Source: Trichosphaerium sp. ATCC 40318
Taxonomy: Eukaryota > Protista > Tubulinea
Direction of reading: 5' to 3'
Length of the DNA stretch: 64,000 bases
NCBI GenBank assembly: GCA_038496445.1
Contig: JALMLS010000270.1
Coordinates: 1 to 64,000 of the forward strand
The notes beneath the pieces are model-generated. The model saw only the letters and a list, made by a program, of their open reading frames with translations, was not told the origin of the DNA and searched no databases. Of this stretch, positions 38,939-53,006 are shown piece by piece. The position numbers and the translations under genes were made by a program. Within the stretch, counting starts at the first letter, position 1. Every line of letters starts with the position of its first letter.

Positions 38939-41900
38939 CTACTCTTCAAAGAAAACTCTAGCGCTCTCAAAAGCGTACTTGAGAAGGTCAAATTCTAGCC
39001 TAGCATTCTGTAACTTCTTGATAGTTAACTGTGCAGTGCTTATTTCGTTTTGTTGATTTTTCTTTGTTTTCAAATCAGCAGTATATTTATCCTCTACAGA
39101 CTCCCACCAGTGTAGAGAATCAAAATCCTGGTATTGATCTAATAACTCCAAAATATATGCAAGACCTAAAAAATTAAAAAGAAGTTAATACAAACGAGTA
39201 AATCAAACATAAACAAAAAAACAAAAATTTTGGTCAAAAAAAACGAAACAGCGCAGCTCTCAAGCACCCAAAATGTTTTTTTACTTCCCTTCAGAGCTCT
39301 ATCAAAATACTACTTTCTACTACAATAAAATACAAGGTATTCTGTTGGAGTTGAAGAAAAAGAAAGATTGATAATTAGAAAACAGATGACACTTCAACTG
39401 AGCTTGAGGTTTTTTTTTCCGGAAAAATAAAAAAGCACACAACACTCACCCATAGCAAATCCATCATCTGAAAATGTATTTCCACGTTTACGACCAAACT
39501 TTTCTTTTTCAACCATAATAGAATCCATGAAACTTAAAGTGAGTGCAGGAATAATGGCGTAAAACGTTTTAAGATGAATATTCTGTGGACTTCTAAACTC
39601 TTTGCTAAAGACAGCCACTAACATCTTAAAATAATCTGTTCCCTCTGCAAAGTTGCGTGATAGACTTTCTACAATCTTATCCAAGTTTCTATACACGTAT
39701 AAGCAAAGAAGAAACAAAAGAAACTGAGAAATGTTTTACAACTTTTTTTTTTCAACAGTGTTTAAGAGGACTGTTAAGGACGTACGTTGCAGCGTCTTTA
39801 GTCTCCTGAGACAAACTCTCCTTCTCGCACAAGTCATTGAAATCAACAATATTCTGTAAATCAGGGACAAATTTAATAGCGTTGCTAGTATACAAAAGAC
39901 CTAAAGTGGAGTACATTAACATCCAAAAAACAGCATTCAAAAAAAAGTCCAAAACTTCCAACAACACAGGGAGGTAAACCGGATATTTTGACTTTAGATA
40001 TTACTATGTATATCCGAATTAACAATTTAACATACCACCTGAGCGAACTAAGCGAATATAACCAACAGCGTTACCAATCTCAGTGATTAATATTCGGAAC
40101 TTAGAAAGATAAGTTGCGCCATCTCTTGTTGTACCCAATTGCCTCATATCTCGCCTTAAAAATAACTGTCAATGGCTGCATTGCAGGAAAGTAATAAAGA
40201 ACGACAGGGATTCAATATAAGAAAAGTAGAAGCAAGAAAAGTAGCTAGTAAGAGCACTTACCTAAAACGTGTTGCTATATCATAAGGAAATTTACTCTGA
40301 TCAGTTTCAGCTCGTAGTTCGTTGTATTGTCTAATAATAGCATGTAAGTGGTTTATTGCTGTTTGATAATGGAATAATTTTACCGAAGGCAACGTACCTT
40401 AAATCACGTAGTAGTTTCGATTTGATCAAATCATCGAATAAAAATTGAGAAAATACAACAAACTTTTGTTTCAAAAATTGATATGTAAAGTTAACCTAAC
40501 AAACCAAATAAGTATTATAACATTTATGATACACGAGAACAATATTATTTCAAGTTTTGAACACAAAAGAGGAAATCCAAAGAAGTCAGGTTACCAAAAC
40601 TTCAGGTTTTCAAAAAAAAGAAGAAAAATAAAAAGAGGCCACAACGAAGCAGTAAAAATACTTGTGTCGCTATTACGTACTGTTGTATTCATTATACCAG
40701 TACCATGCTGTCTGATTGAATTTGAAATAACACGAATATTGATAGTATCAAGTGTTTTATCTGCATTTTGTTTTTCGATAAAGACTTGAGTGTTCATGTT
40801 GTAATTATATTGACGAACAAAGATATGAATATTTCGCATAATCTCAAGAACATCAATACCCTACGATACATGTATGAGTAAACCACAACAGCGAGAAACA
40901 CTATAAAGGAGCCAACAGAAGAAAAAAGAAACGAACCTGAGCTAGAGTTTGACCAGGAAGGTGAACTTCTTGAAGATCAACATTATATTTCTCATAAGCT
41001 AAACTACGCATTTCATTGTAAATCTGCCAATCAGTTGGAGATATTGTGTTAAGGTTATAAAATTCTCTATCAAGGTAATGCTCAACGTATGCTATATATG
41101 AACAAGGTAAGCTAAAATCAAACAGAAAATCAAAAAATACAACGTACCTTTGATGTTAACATTCATTTTGTTGAAAACTAAATTACGAACTTTCAAAAAA
41201 CTAGAAAGATCCTTTACTCCCTAAAAAACCTCGTAAGTACCATACTCTACAATACTCTTGGCTTATGACTCTGTAACTATTATTTAAGACGTACATCAGC
41301 CCAAGGATTAAAGTGATTAACACTTCCTTCAGTTTGTGAGTGAACATGTAATCGAAGATCTGTTTCAATATTTTTACAAAGAGGTAGAAGTAATTCTTCC
41401 TCAAGTGCTTGTTCTATTTCTTCCGTGTATTTTTTAACAAACGTTTCAGAATCATCATGTATTACTTTTGCGAATACCTAGACGAAAAAATATAAACATA
41501 CTTATACAACATGTCTGTGAGACCAAAACAAACTTAACAAAAATATGGACTTAAGTCACAAAATGCGAAAAAAGTTGGACGTACTGGCTCTATATCTCGC
41601 AAAGCAGCAAAGAGGTATTGAAGCTTATTAGCATCTTCAGGTCGTGTGTATATATCTTTAAAATACTCAGGAACCAATTCTCTACTCCAGAAAAGAAATT
41701 GACAATTGCATGCTTGATGAACTTCAAATTGAATATCACCAATATCATGTAATCGAACAAGATAACTTTCTAGCCTTGCAACTTGCTCTTCAACCAAAAT
41801 TCCCAAACCAAGGATTTGGGATAGAGCAATTGTTAAAATAATACGTCTAGCTGGTGTAGTGGTGCCGTTTAACATCTGAATCAAACGTAAGTGGAGATCG

Positions 41901-44598
41901 ATGCTAAAAATAAAACGATAACAGTGTTTCAGACTAGTTTTTGTGTAGCCTTCCACATGATAAATAAAAATAATTACCTGTAGCGATAAATCCAAGGCTG
42001 ATAGGGCGTCAAGTTCATCATTCTTATAATCAGCTTTTTTGGCAAGTCGTTGTTGAACAGGACGTAAAATTCGCTGAATTTGGAATCCAATAGCTTTCAC
42101 CATGAATCCAATAGAATCAGCGATGATTTTTGACCTACGATGGAAGGTACTCTCGATAGCCTAATAATTACTATTAGATAAAACATACCTTGAATATAAA
42201 ATTGTAAAACAGTTTTGAAAAACAGGAAAAAAATCAGAAAATTGTGACACTTGACACATGCCTTCATCATTTCAACGCATTGAAATAACCATTTAATACG
42301 ACTAAAATGCATAGCTTTCTCTTGATTATCATGAAGATACAACATAGTCTTGAAAAGATGTGATACGTGGTGTGCTAAGCCAAGACCTTTCATTGAGAGT
42401 GAAATACGGACTGCTAATTCATCGATATTAGATTCCATGTTAACCATCCATCTACTGACATCTGCATATGTACTTTTTACCTTCCTATGATATGACTTAG
42501 CAAAGCAAATAGATAACCCAAGAGCTTACTGTGGAAAAGCTTGGTCAAGTTTTACAACATAGGCGTATGTATCCTTGTCCATCCTAGGCGCTTTTGAAAC
42601 CTACAGAAGTAAATTAGTGTACACTAAATTCAAGATAGACAGTAGTTTCGTACTTGTATCATTTCTGGGCAATTACTCTCGAGAAAGGAAACAGCGTTCC
42701 AAGAAGTAGCTGCATACAAGTGTACTATTGGAAATGACTTGTGTAAGGTCCACATGGTCTATGATAAAACCCATTAGAACAATATTCAACAAAACATTGA
42801 CATGCTTAGCGCTCACTTACCCTAAAAAATTTCTTGTTGGAAACGTCCTCAAAAAGACGAAAGTAGAATACATAAAGACAATTCAAATGAAGTAACCGAC
42901 GTCCTAGACGTTCAGCAGTAGTAGCAGCTGAAAAAAAATACGGTTAGAACATAAATAAAAAGATTGTAGTGTTACCTTTCTTGTTCTGGAATTGTGCTAG
43001 AAATAATCGAAGAAAATACATAAACTCTTTTTTAAAGACATCGTTTACTCTTATTTCGTAAAAGTTCCTTTCATCAAATTCTTGACTGATACATTTAGAA
43101 AATATTAAACCTTCCATCAATACACCCTTTAGAAATAATTAGAAAGCACTTCCTCACAAATTTTGAATATGACACGTGATATAAAACGATATCACGTGTC
43201 ATGCTCATTTTGATAAAATATTGAGGGAATACCCAAAAGATAAACGCAGCGTTGTTTTCAAACAAAAACATTTGAAAGCAAAGAACGTAACAGTACAGAA
43301 ATAAAATGGCAAGTTTATCGTTTTCTTTACCTGTAACCGGAATTGAAGCTTCTCAAATTGCCATAACTGTTCTTCTTCAACACCATATGTCGTAGGATCT
43401 TTTTTAATCTGTTTTGCCATACTAGGTAGGTGAGAAAACTACGACTACTTCAAAAAAGCTTCTAAAAAGCAACGCACGTTTTGTACATACTCCATCCCCT
43501 TGCCATGGCTTCATTGGTGGTAATAAGTTTATCAAGTGTGACGAGTATCTCTAAGATTTCGGCAACATGCTCAAAAACAGTACGCAAATGCACATTCCTG
43601 AAAGTAGTCGCATACAACTTTTGATCACGATGATAAAGTGATGCCAGCTGCCTACAAAGATGATTAACTACAGATGTAACGTGTTTATTAAAGCTATCAC
43701 GAGTTGTGTATTTAATAAAAACACAATGATGCGGAATAGGTGAGTAGAAAGAGGACCAAAACGAGAAACAGTAAACAAAAGAATGGTTTTTTCTGAACAA
43801 AAAGAAAAAAAGACCAAAAAGTTTTTGCTCTTTGCCCAAATTAACACTTGTTTGTCGTACCGTATGATGTTTAGGAATATCTCATAGCATCTGTTTACAA
43901 AATTGAATAATGTGACAAGGAATGGTAATAATTTTCCGACTTGTAATTGAGCGTCACCCTCCTCTACATTCGACGTTAACATAATTATTACCAATTTTGT
44001 TCATAAAAAAATAAAACATTTAAACGCTATCGCGTGCCTGGATCAAATGTATGAAGCGTTCCAAAAAGTGCCAAAGCAGGGTAGAAACGATTTATAGCCT
44101 TTTTGGACAATTAGTTCTTACAGAAAGTGTACACTGTTAAACATAATTTTTACTGTAGACACAAGATAATAGCGTTGTTTTGATGGCTTTACGTACTGTT
44201 CGTTTCAAATACTGGACTTCATCGCAAAGACTGGCGAATACAACTGTGATTTTGTTGAATAGCTTGTTATTAGTGCGTATTAGCTCAAGAACGTTGGTTT
44301 GTTCATAAGGTTGAAAAGCAAGAGCAATTGGGTCACTATTTGAGTCCCAACCTTGATCGAGTGTCTCGTCAAGTGCCTCTTCGATATTGCGTAGTTGTGT
44401 GGTGTAGCTTCCCACAAACTCTTGCATTTTCTCAATTTGTTGCTCTTCGGCAATCCCTAGCGTACGTGAGCCTCAAAGTAGCGATTGAAAGTGTCATTCG
44501 ATAAAACAATGACAATTAATGCGAAAGTTCTCCAGTGTCGTACGTATGGAGCCCTCATTAAAGGGGTCCAAGTCCCAATTACTTTGTACTTCAGCCAT
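38939..44598 (-). CDS. WASHC4: WASH complex subunit 4 (SWIP/KIAA1033), many exons
   Basis: [11 protein letters not shown]...[60 protein letters not shown] and FDSLHWW motifs. Confidence 0.95.
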
Positions 44599-44732
44599 TG
44601 GTGGCAGTGACTTCTGGCACTTTTTCTGACGCCAGCAATTTTCTTGAAATTTGAGAATGACACGACTGAATTTGACTAGTTTAGCTCTGCGCACTCGCTT
44701 CGTTTTCTGCCTGTTCCAGCAGCAAAGCGATC

Positions 44733-47700
44733 ATGAGCAGTAACGAGGATTCGTACAATGAATTTATTCAAGGGACACCAGGCTCACCAGAACAAGTTCG
44801 AGCGTCTACTAGCAATGAATCGCTTGCTTCGCGTGGGTCTGGGCGGTCTAAACATAACAAGGGCATTCATAGTTTAGTAAATCAGCTAAAAGGTAACGTT
44901 GACGCAGTTAAAACATGTTGGGAGTTAACTGCCACCACAAGGTAAAAAAAAACATCACAAACACAAGAAAGAGCCTTCATTCCATGGTAATCCAATAAAA
45001 AGAGACAGAGGAGATACATCGTACTCTATGGGATCAAATTCAGCAGAAGAAGAAACAAAATACTATGGCATCTACGAAGAGAAGCAATTTAACGAAGCAG
45101 ACGCCGCTAAATGTTCGTAACAACGCGTTGGGGCGTTTTTTATATTAACCTTTATAAAAACCGGTTCATTTTGCCTTTATAATTACCCCTTTAACAGTGG
45201 TGACGCTTCAACGCCTGTTAAAAATAACAGTCCTCATTTCAGAAATTTAGATGCGGCCAAACTATTTGAGGCATACGAAGAGCATAACGTAAGGTACAGA
45301 GTCAGTTGCTTGCTTGACCAATAAAGCAGAAGTTGTTTATTTGAAAAAAATTGTGAAAAATTTACTCACGGTAGGCTGTTAAAACAAGACTTGATGAAGG
45401 ATAGACAAACTGCTGCTGATAGATTACAGCGTAATGTACATAAGAATTACCCAAAGTTCATCAGCAGTTCGAAGTACATCTCTAGTATCCTGAGACAAAC
45501 CAAATGAAGGAACTTCAATTTTTTTATTTGTTTGTTACACCACGCTTTTAGTAATTGTTTCTATCCTTCACGTTCACTAAAGATTTGGAAATGGATATGT
45601 TAGAACTTAGAAATCATCTTACAGCAATTAATTCGGTAATGAAGGGGTTAGAGAAGCGTAAACTTAATGTTGCCAGTACGTCTCGTTTATTTATTTTTTT
45701 GGTATTTTATTTTGTTGTTATGTAATTTTTACTCACTTGTTGTATAGCTTTTGCTCCTGGAACATACTCTCAAACAAAACAAGTAGCTAATGACCAAGTG
45801 AAACGTGATATTGATTGGTTTTTGGAACTACCTGATGAACTTGACATTCTCACTTCTGAACGATTGTTTGGCGAGGCTGTTAATCTTATAGAGCGCGCAG
45901 AAGCACTCAAAAAGCAGAAAAAGAGACCACATTGTGCGCTGGCATACCAAACTATTCAAGGAGAGTTAGTATTTAAAAGGTATCTCAAACCAAAGCTAAT
46001 GTTTTCAGGTTAATAATTTTGAGTCTAGACAGAAGATGGCTGAAGTCCTACTTCGTGATTTACAAGCTGCCGCTTTAAAAAGACCTGAGTGTGCTTACAT
46101 TATTGCCCATTTGCATAGACTTGGGTACTCAGCACAGGTACAATCGAGCACCTCTTTGAAAACTGTTGAAGTCATTGTTATGTAACTCTTGCTTTTCTAG
46201 GCACAAGATACATTTCTACAAACACGTAGTATCAAACTTAAGGCGAGTGTAAGGTGAGAATAGGATAACCTTCGTTTTTTGTAGCTAACTTGTTTTTTTA
46301 GGCAGCTAAGTTTTGAAGGTGATATTCTTCTCTTTACCAACGAATTATCACGTGTTGTATTTTCAGCCATTTACCAAACATGTGATGACTTTTTGGAATG
46401 GTTTCCTAAGCAGCATATGATATCAGGTATGAGACAGTGCCTTTTCTTTATTTTCAAAACAACATCACGTGTTGGCAAGGTAATCTGATGTTGTATTCAA
46501 GGGTTTGTTGTGTGGGCGATTAGAGAGTTAGAATCTTTTGGAGAGCAGTTTACAACACGTATTCGCCAAGTATTATCAGCTGAGCTTGATAACTTTGAAA
46601 CAATGGGGAAATGCTTTGAGATTGCTCAAGCTCATTGTAGAATGGTACAAAAGATTTTCTACTTCTTTGGTTCTAACTTTTTTGTAGCTTGAAGAAAAGC
46701 GATTAGCGCTCACGTTTTTCTTACAAGGAATGTTTAATAAGGACTTGGAATATGCGTTAGATAATTACTATCAACGAACAAGACCTCTAGTTGATAAACA
46801 AATCGGCGATGAGAGTTGGGTTTCTGAGATGTATTTCCCAGAAGGTATGTCAAATCGTTTTGTTGTTTTTAAAAAGATTGTCTGGTTTTATAACACCTTT
46901 ATTTAGCTGGAGAGCCAGTATCACTTTCTCCTAGCGCAATATATGTATATAATATAACAGAGAAGTTTGTGAAAGGCATCAAATCTATCATAACACCTCA
47001 GGTTCATTTTTTGTTTTTCCGTATTTCCGAGAACTTGTAGCTCATATTTCATTAGCTTGTTCCTCTTGTTGTTTCTACAATGTCTAAAATGCTTCGTGAC
47101 TATGTTTTCTCTCTTCGTGTAATTCTAGAGCAACAAAGACCACAACAACTTGGCGACGCTCAAGTAAGTATCTTGATATTTACATACGTTATATTTCTAA
47201 TTCTTACCAGCGTTTCCTTACAATTGTTGCAAATGCTAAAAATATTGTTCACTCTTTGGTTCCAGAAAAGATTAAAACCTTTGAGGTACTATGATCTGTT
47301 GCTATGCTTAGATTAACTAACCCTATCCATAGAGTCAACTTGAAGGACCAGAAGCAGGTTTATCAACACTTCAAACTCAACTACAGTATGCGAACTTACT
47401 TTTTTATTTGTTGGAAGCTTACTTTATCGTACCTCAAGATCGATATACGAGCCTATGCCTATTATGTTCTGTGAAAAGTGGGCAAGCTTCATATCAAGCA
47501 CTAAGCTTGTATGGGCTGACGTTGTGGCTACAATTTATTCAGAACAACAACTGGCAAAGATTGAAAAGCCTGAGCCTTCTCTTAAGTTTGTAAGGCTTTT
47601 TGAATACTTGAGCACACTTACATCAACCATACATGATATGTTGGATATAACAGCAGTTAAAGTTATCATAAGCAGAATGTTTGAACTTGTACGTACTCAA

Positions 47701-48261
47701 GTGTTATGAAAACTGTTTACAATCTATTTTTTTTCCTATTTTTTCTGTTCAAGTACAACAGAGACTTGTTTGAGTTATTCTTGTTTTGTCTTAATAATAT
47801 TTGTCGTATAGATATGTCTTGATCTTAACGAAGGTGAATTTTGGGCAAAAGAAAATACAGAAGAGCCAATGATAGGCGAAAAAGGTACAACCTCATTAAT
47901 CAATCTTTGCTATTTTTTCTTCGATGTTTTTTTTTTTGGTCTTGCTAATGCCTTGTTCTTTCTTTCAGGATTACAACAGCTTGTAATTGATTTACGATTC
48001 GCCAAAGAAGCTGTAGGAAGATTTGGAACTGATGTATCTTACAAGGCACTTCAGCGCGTACAAGATCGTGTTATTACACAGTACACCAGAACAACAAATG
48101 GTGAAGGTGCCAAAATACTAAAGGTAAATGGTTACTGTTTTTTCAACACTTAATTGCATTATTATGTATATTTACTTATCGTTATTTAGGGTAACAACAT
48201 GTTTTATAAGGATGTAGTTAATGCAGCCCTTTCAAAAACTAAGACATTACTAAACGTGTAA
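44733..48261 (+). CDS. EXOC8: Exocyst complex component Exo84
   Basis: LQRNVHKNYPKFISSSKYISNLEMDM, WFLELPDELDI, LHRLG..AQDTFLQTRS and GLQQLVIDLRF motifs. Confidence 0.85.
45485..45582 (+). other. Probable U12-type GT-AG intron in EXOC8
   Basis: Donor GTATCCTG, branch-like TATCCTTCAC about 11 nt before AG, no polypyrimidine tract; joins KYIS-N-LEMDM. Confidence 0.7.
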
Positions 48262-49147
48262 TGCATCTAAAAATCAACGAATATTTAAATGTAATGTAAA
48301 ATACAAACTGTGTTATTTTGTGAAGTCTATCAGTGAAATCCATGATAGTTGTACAGTGGACTTTGTAAATACGGTTTTGACGTGCATGTAAACTATTGAT
48401 GGAAAGGTTGAGATGAGAGTAGACACTGTTCTTGTACACCTGTTTAAAGAGCCATGACCAGTCGGTAGTTCTCTGAAACAGTAACTTGGTGTTTTTTGCA
48501 AAAAACAATACACTGGGCGCGCTTTTGTACACTTGGAAATATCCAACTTTTTAGGGCTGTTTACTGCCCCAGCTACCATTAAAAACGTTTAACATTTTGT
48601 CGGCCAATGTGATCGGTTGTACTATTCTGATACGCACTACTAGCGCAACTGTCGACAACGCTGAGCAAAGCTGGTCAAAACAAGTCTGTTCTACGCGCCA
48701 AAATTTAAAAACAAGCCAAACGGAAGCAAACACCATAACGAAATGAATAACCAGGTAATTCGCGTATATTGCGGCTATAACTACAATATTAACATAAATA
48801 CGCAGATTACAGCGCAGCAGAACAGACAAAACTTCCAGTTTGTAATGACAAGCAACCACGACGCTTATAAGGCACGTAAAACGTACTGAAACCACTAGAA
48901 GCGCCACAAACGAATATTGTTTCTCGTTTGCACACTGCCTTTAACAGCCCAACGATTTGTACTTCCCTTACATTCGGTGTTGGTGATGCGGTCGGTTGCG
49001 TGCCGCCGCTTAGCAAAAAACGTTTAAAAACTCTATTCGCTCGTGGGCTGGTGATTATTCGCTTGTGTACGTTCCCTTAAACGCCAACTCAGAGGTTTAT
49101 AACCACTGGGGCTGGGTTCGATGTGGTTGTCAGATCTGCCGCTTAGC

Positions 49148-49763
49148 ATGGACGTGCGGCATATCACTAGCTTGAAAGAAGTCGGGAAAGAAGTTTCAGA
49201 ACCGATTGAAGTCTTCGCTTCGAGTTCAAAAGTCACAAAAAAAACCAAAAAAGTAGAATTTGAAGCTCGAGCCAAATTCTGCGTTTTTGGTTTTTTTTTT
49301 CTATCTTCTTTCGTTGTGCTCTAGCTCTCCATGCTTACAGATTTTAATATAGGCACTATGTGATATAGAGGTTGCTGAGAAAGAAGCACAGTTAGAGGCG
49401 CTTAGAAAGGAGAAAGACGCTCGAATAGCTGAACTTATCAAAGAGTTGCTTAAGCGTACAAATCAGCTTGATAATGCTTTAGATACTATAAATGAGCTAA
49501 AGGAACAACATAAAAGTAAAGTTGGAGCACTAGAGGTAACAATAAGAAACTTAACGAAAGAAAGAAATCAAAAGAGAAGTGCCGAGAAATTGCTTCAAAG
49601 AGATGTTAGAGCATTGAAGAGGCGTAAGAAGAGTGATGATAGGACTATAAAGGCTGTTTCTGAGAGTATAAACGTTATGAACTTTGGTGATGCTAGAACG
49701 ATTATTGATGAGTATGTTACGGAAAGAGATGTTGAAGATGAAGGTAGTGATACTGAGAAGTAA
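49148..49763 (+). CDS. Coiled-coil hypothetical protein (start uncertain)
   Basis: MDVRHITSLKE... splices to a heptad-rich exon EAQLEALRKEKDARIAEL...*. Confidence 0.5.
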
Positions 49764-50483
49764 AACACAGAAAAAAAAGTTGTAAAAAATGAGTGTAAAT
49801 AAAAATTGTATTTGTAGGAGACTGTTTGCAAGTAAATTAAACATACGAGCAACATAGCTACTATAGAACTCAAAGGTTGCTTGCCATTCTACTTAGTAGT
49901 GATGAATCGGTAATGTCTGCATATTCAATTCCAGGCGTTTGAGATTGCCAGATACTGGCAAGCAACGATCACCTTCCCACCCAGAATGGCTTAACTCCAT
50001 GGTTGTATACTAAATAACCCAGTATCCCCTTACCAAATTCAATCATACTCCTTTTGAGATTTTACCTTTAGCATTAAAAGACTTGATTGCAGAAATAGTA
50101 AAGCCATACAAGTTTGTATTGCATCACAAAGATCAGACTAAACTGTTTCATGTTTCTATTTACGAAAACTACAATGCAAGAAATTACTTTGTAATGGAAA
50201 AAATGACAGTGCATATGATACTTGTATGGCATGTATCAACGATTGTGTAGCATCATAAAATCCAAATATGTAGTAAGAAAAAAAGAAGAATCTCAAACAA
50301 GAAAACTGTTCTGTCCAAGCTTATAAACGTAAAGAAAATCATTCTCAAATTTTTTGTGTGTATTAAATAAGGTGATGGACGACAACTATGATACTAGGTC
50401 AAATTACAGTGAATCACAAGTGAGTCGGTGACATTCTTTGCTTCAGTCAGTTTTTCAAATAAAAAATACAAGGCTAACCGACA

Positions 50484-51521
50484 ATGCCAAAGGGAACTGC
50501 CATTACACCAAAATATAAAGAGAAAACTGTTATTACCAAAATAATACTATTGGGCGACTCTGGTATTTTACAATTCATTCGCCTTTACTTACTTTCAAAC
50601 AGGTCTACGAGTGGGTAAAACATCAATTATTAGAAGATACAACCAAAATACATTCTCAGATCATTACAGGTCGACTATTGGTGTCGATTTTGTACGAATT
50701 TTTACTCTTTTTATTGTTTGTTTTGTCGCCTTTTTATTCTGTTTACAAAAATTAATAATTTAAAAACGGAAGTTCTTGCTACTTTTAACTGCAAAGCACC
50801 GTCGTATTAGTGTAATCTTACCATTACTCAACATGTTTAAGGAGGGCAAACGTACTCAAGGGAAACTGATCAAGGATATCCAATTACAAATATGGGAGTA
50901 CGTATCACGTCTTTCACTAAAAACGCGTGCTTTTGCACGTGACAGAAAACAAACGAAAATATTTTGTGACTTATTCTTAGCACTTCTGGAAGGGAGGTTG
51001 GTTTATCGGGTATGGGTAAGCACAAGACCTCCCAATAAATGTTTAACCTAAAATTTAGCTCGTGTTTATATTAAAGGAAGTCACGTAGCATTTGTGGTGT
51101 TCGATGTAACAAAAAGATACACTTTTGAAAGAGTGGCAGCATATGAAAAGGTGATGGAGCTCACCAAAGATCAGCAATGTTGTATTGCCATTGTTGGCAA
51201 TAAAATAGATTTAAAAGATAAACGAGAGGTATCAACAAAAGAAGGACGTGAGTTGGCAGACTTTTGGGGTGCTTCATACTTTGAAGTCAGTGCAAAAGAA
51301 GTACGAGTAAAACAACAACTTTTTTGTTCTCAGTTCTGATCACTTTTTAGGGCACTGGCGTATTTGAGATGTTTGATGAAATGATAAGCCGTGCTGAAGA
51401 ATTACATGTAAAAGCAGGACGTCATTTAGAAGAGTCTCCTACTGAGAAAGTTATTGTACCTCCAGAAAACCACACTTCATTCTTCTCAAGAATACAATCT
51501 TGGTTTACAGTACAAAAATAA
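50484..51521 (+). CDS. Atypical Rab-like small GTPase, copy 2
   Basis: Near-identical to 30464-31452, including the 5' flank and intron positions; QIWDTSGRE; ends SWFTVQK. Confidence 0.88.
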
Positions 51522-51564
51522 AACCTCCTTTGCTTCAATATATCATGCATCCCGTTAGTAACTT

Positions 51565-51725
51565 ACAACTTGTAAGATTGATCGAATGTACACCACTCAA
51601 TACTGTGCCACCAGAGTCTGTCACTGCTGTATTCCTCACATCAATGGTATGTACGTTTCAATGCTGAAACACCTATATCTGTAACGTGGGTGTAACTCAA
51701 ATCAATGGTATGAACACCTGATAGA
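51565..51725 (-). pseudogene. Relic of a GVHTI-type LRR gene
   Basis: SGVHTIDLSYTHVTDIGVSAL / VHTIDVRNTAVTDSGGTVLSGVHSINLTSCK with a frameshift; same repeat type as 11638-13104. Confidence 0.7.
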
Positions 51726-53006
51726 GGTTCAAAGATTGGCTGAAAATGCTTTTTGTAATTTTTTCTTAATTTATGGTCAAATCACGTGATTAAAAAAGCC
51801 AAGAATTAGTCAGTGGTAACAAGTTGTAAAGGCATCAAAGGTTCATGTATGACGAGTCTATCGGGAGCACATACCATACAGTTATCAGATACGAACTCAA
51901 TGCATGATTGGTTGGTACCGCTTTCTAAGGTCAAAGTTTTAACTTATGGGGATGTAAAAAAATAACAGACAAAGGCCTCGAATCGGTTGCTAATGTACAT
52001 GGAACAAAACGTTAGTCTGTCGGCTAAACAATGTGCCAGTACGTTTGTTTAAATCAATATGTAACTTCTTTGCTAAGTAAAGGGTGCTTAAGTCAAATAC
52101 AATCAGTCATTTGTAGCTTATTTCTTTTTACAAAACTGTTTTTTCTAATGTTGTTATGTAGCTATTGCAAGAGCGGCATGCAAAGACACTCAATGTGAGG
52201 TTGCCAGAAAATGCGCCAAGTACTGCCATGAAGATAAAGCGGTTTTTGAAAAAGCTACAAATACCACAATGTGGTCAGCGGAGTTTAGGAAACTTCAACA
52301 AAAGTTGGCATAAATTAGCCACTCAATGGATGTTTCGTAACATGTTCAATAAAAGAAAATGCATCAAACAATATTATATTTGCCTCTGGTAGGCACAATG
52401 GTTAAATACATTTTGATGAGTTTGCTAACTGTCACTTTGTATTTGGTAATTGACCTGGATTGGGATAATTTTCTCAATTTTCAGTAGTTTGTGTCATCTT
52501 TACCTTATGTGAGGCAGTTTACTGAACGTCACGGAAGTATAAAAAGTAATTTAATAAAATGAGTCAAATGAAAAGCGATTTGGCTTAAACAAGGACAACA
52601 ACAATGAGCACAAATTACAGCAACAGATATCACCAACAAGCACGCATCCACCTAACCAGTTACACCCCGCATACACCTTTAAAAGTGTAGTGTCTCCAAA
52701 ATTACTTTAGTAATGAGCTTCTGGGGCGTTTACGCACTAGGCGAAGTTGTCTTTGTAGGCACAAAATGACAGAAAAACTCGCACAATTTTCAACTTTTTA
52801 AGTCAAAACGGTACTTTTACGCGCATGGCAACAATAGTGTTTACTTCTCAACAATACAGAATGTTGATAATTGTAACCATGTTTAATTGTCAAAGTCATA
52901 CGAATTAAAAAAAAACAGTGCGGGTAAATTCGTTTCCGACTTTGGTTTTTTTTTTTGTTTTTTTCGAGTTTTCATTTTTTTGTAAACAATTGCGCTTAAA
53001 ACAACT

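Noticed and set aside
48313-48579. ORF with KKLDISKCTK as an LRR gene
   Set aside because: Only one or two weak LRR-like motifs; at most a heavily decayed relic.
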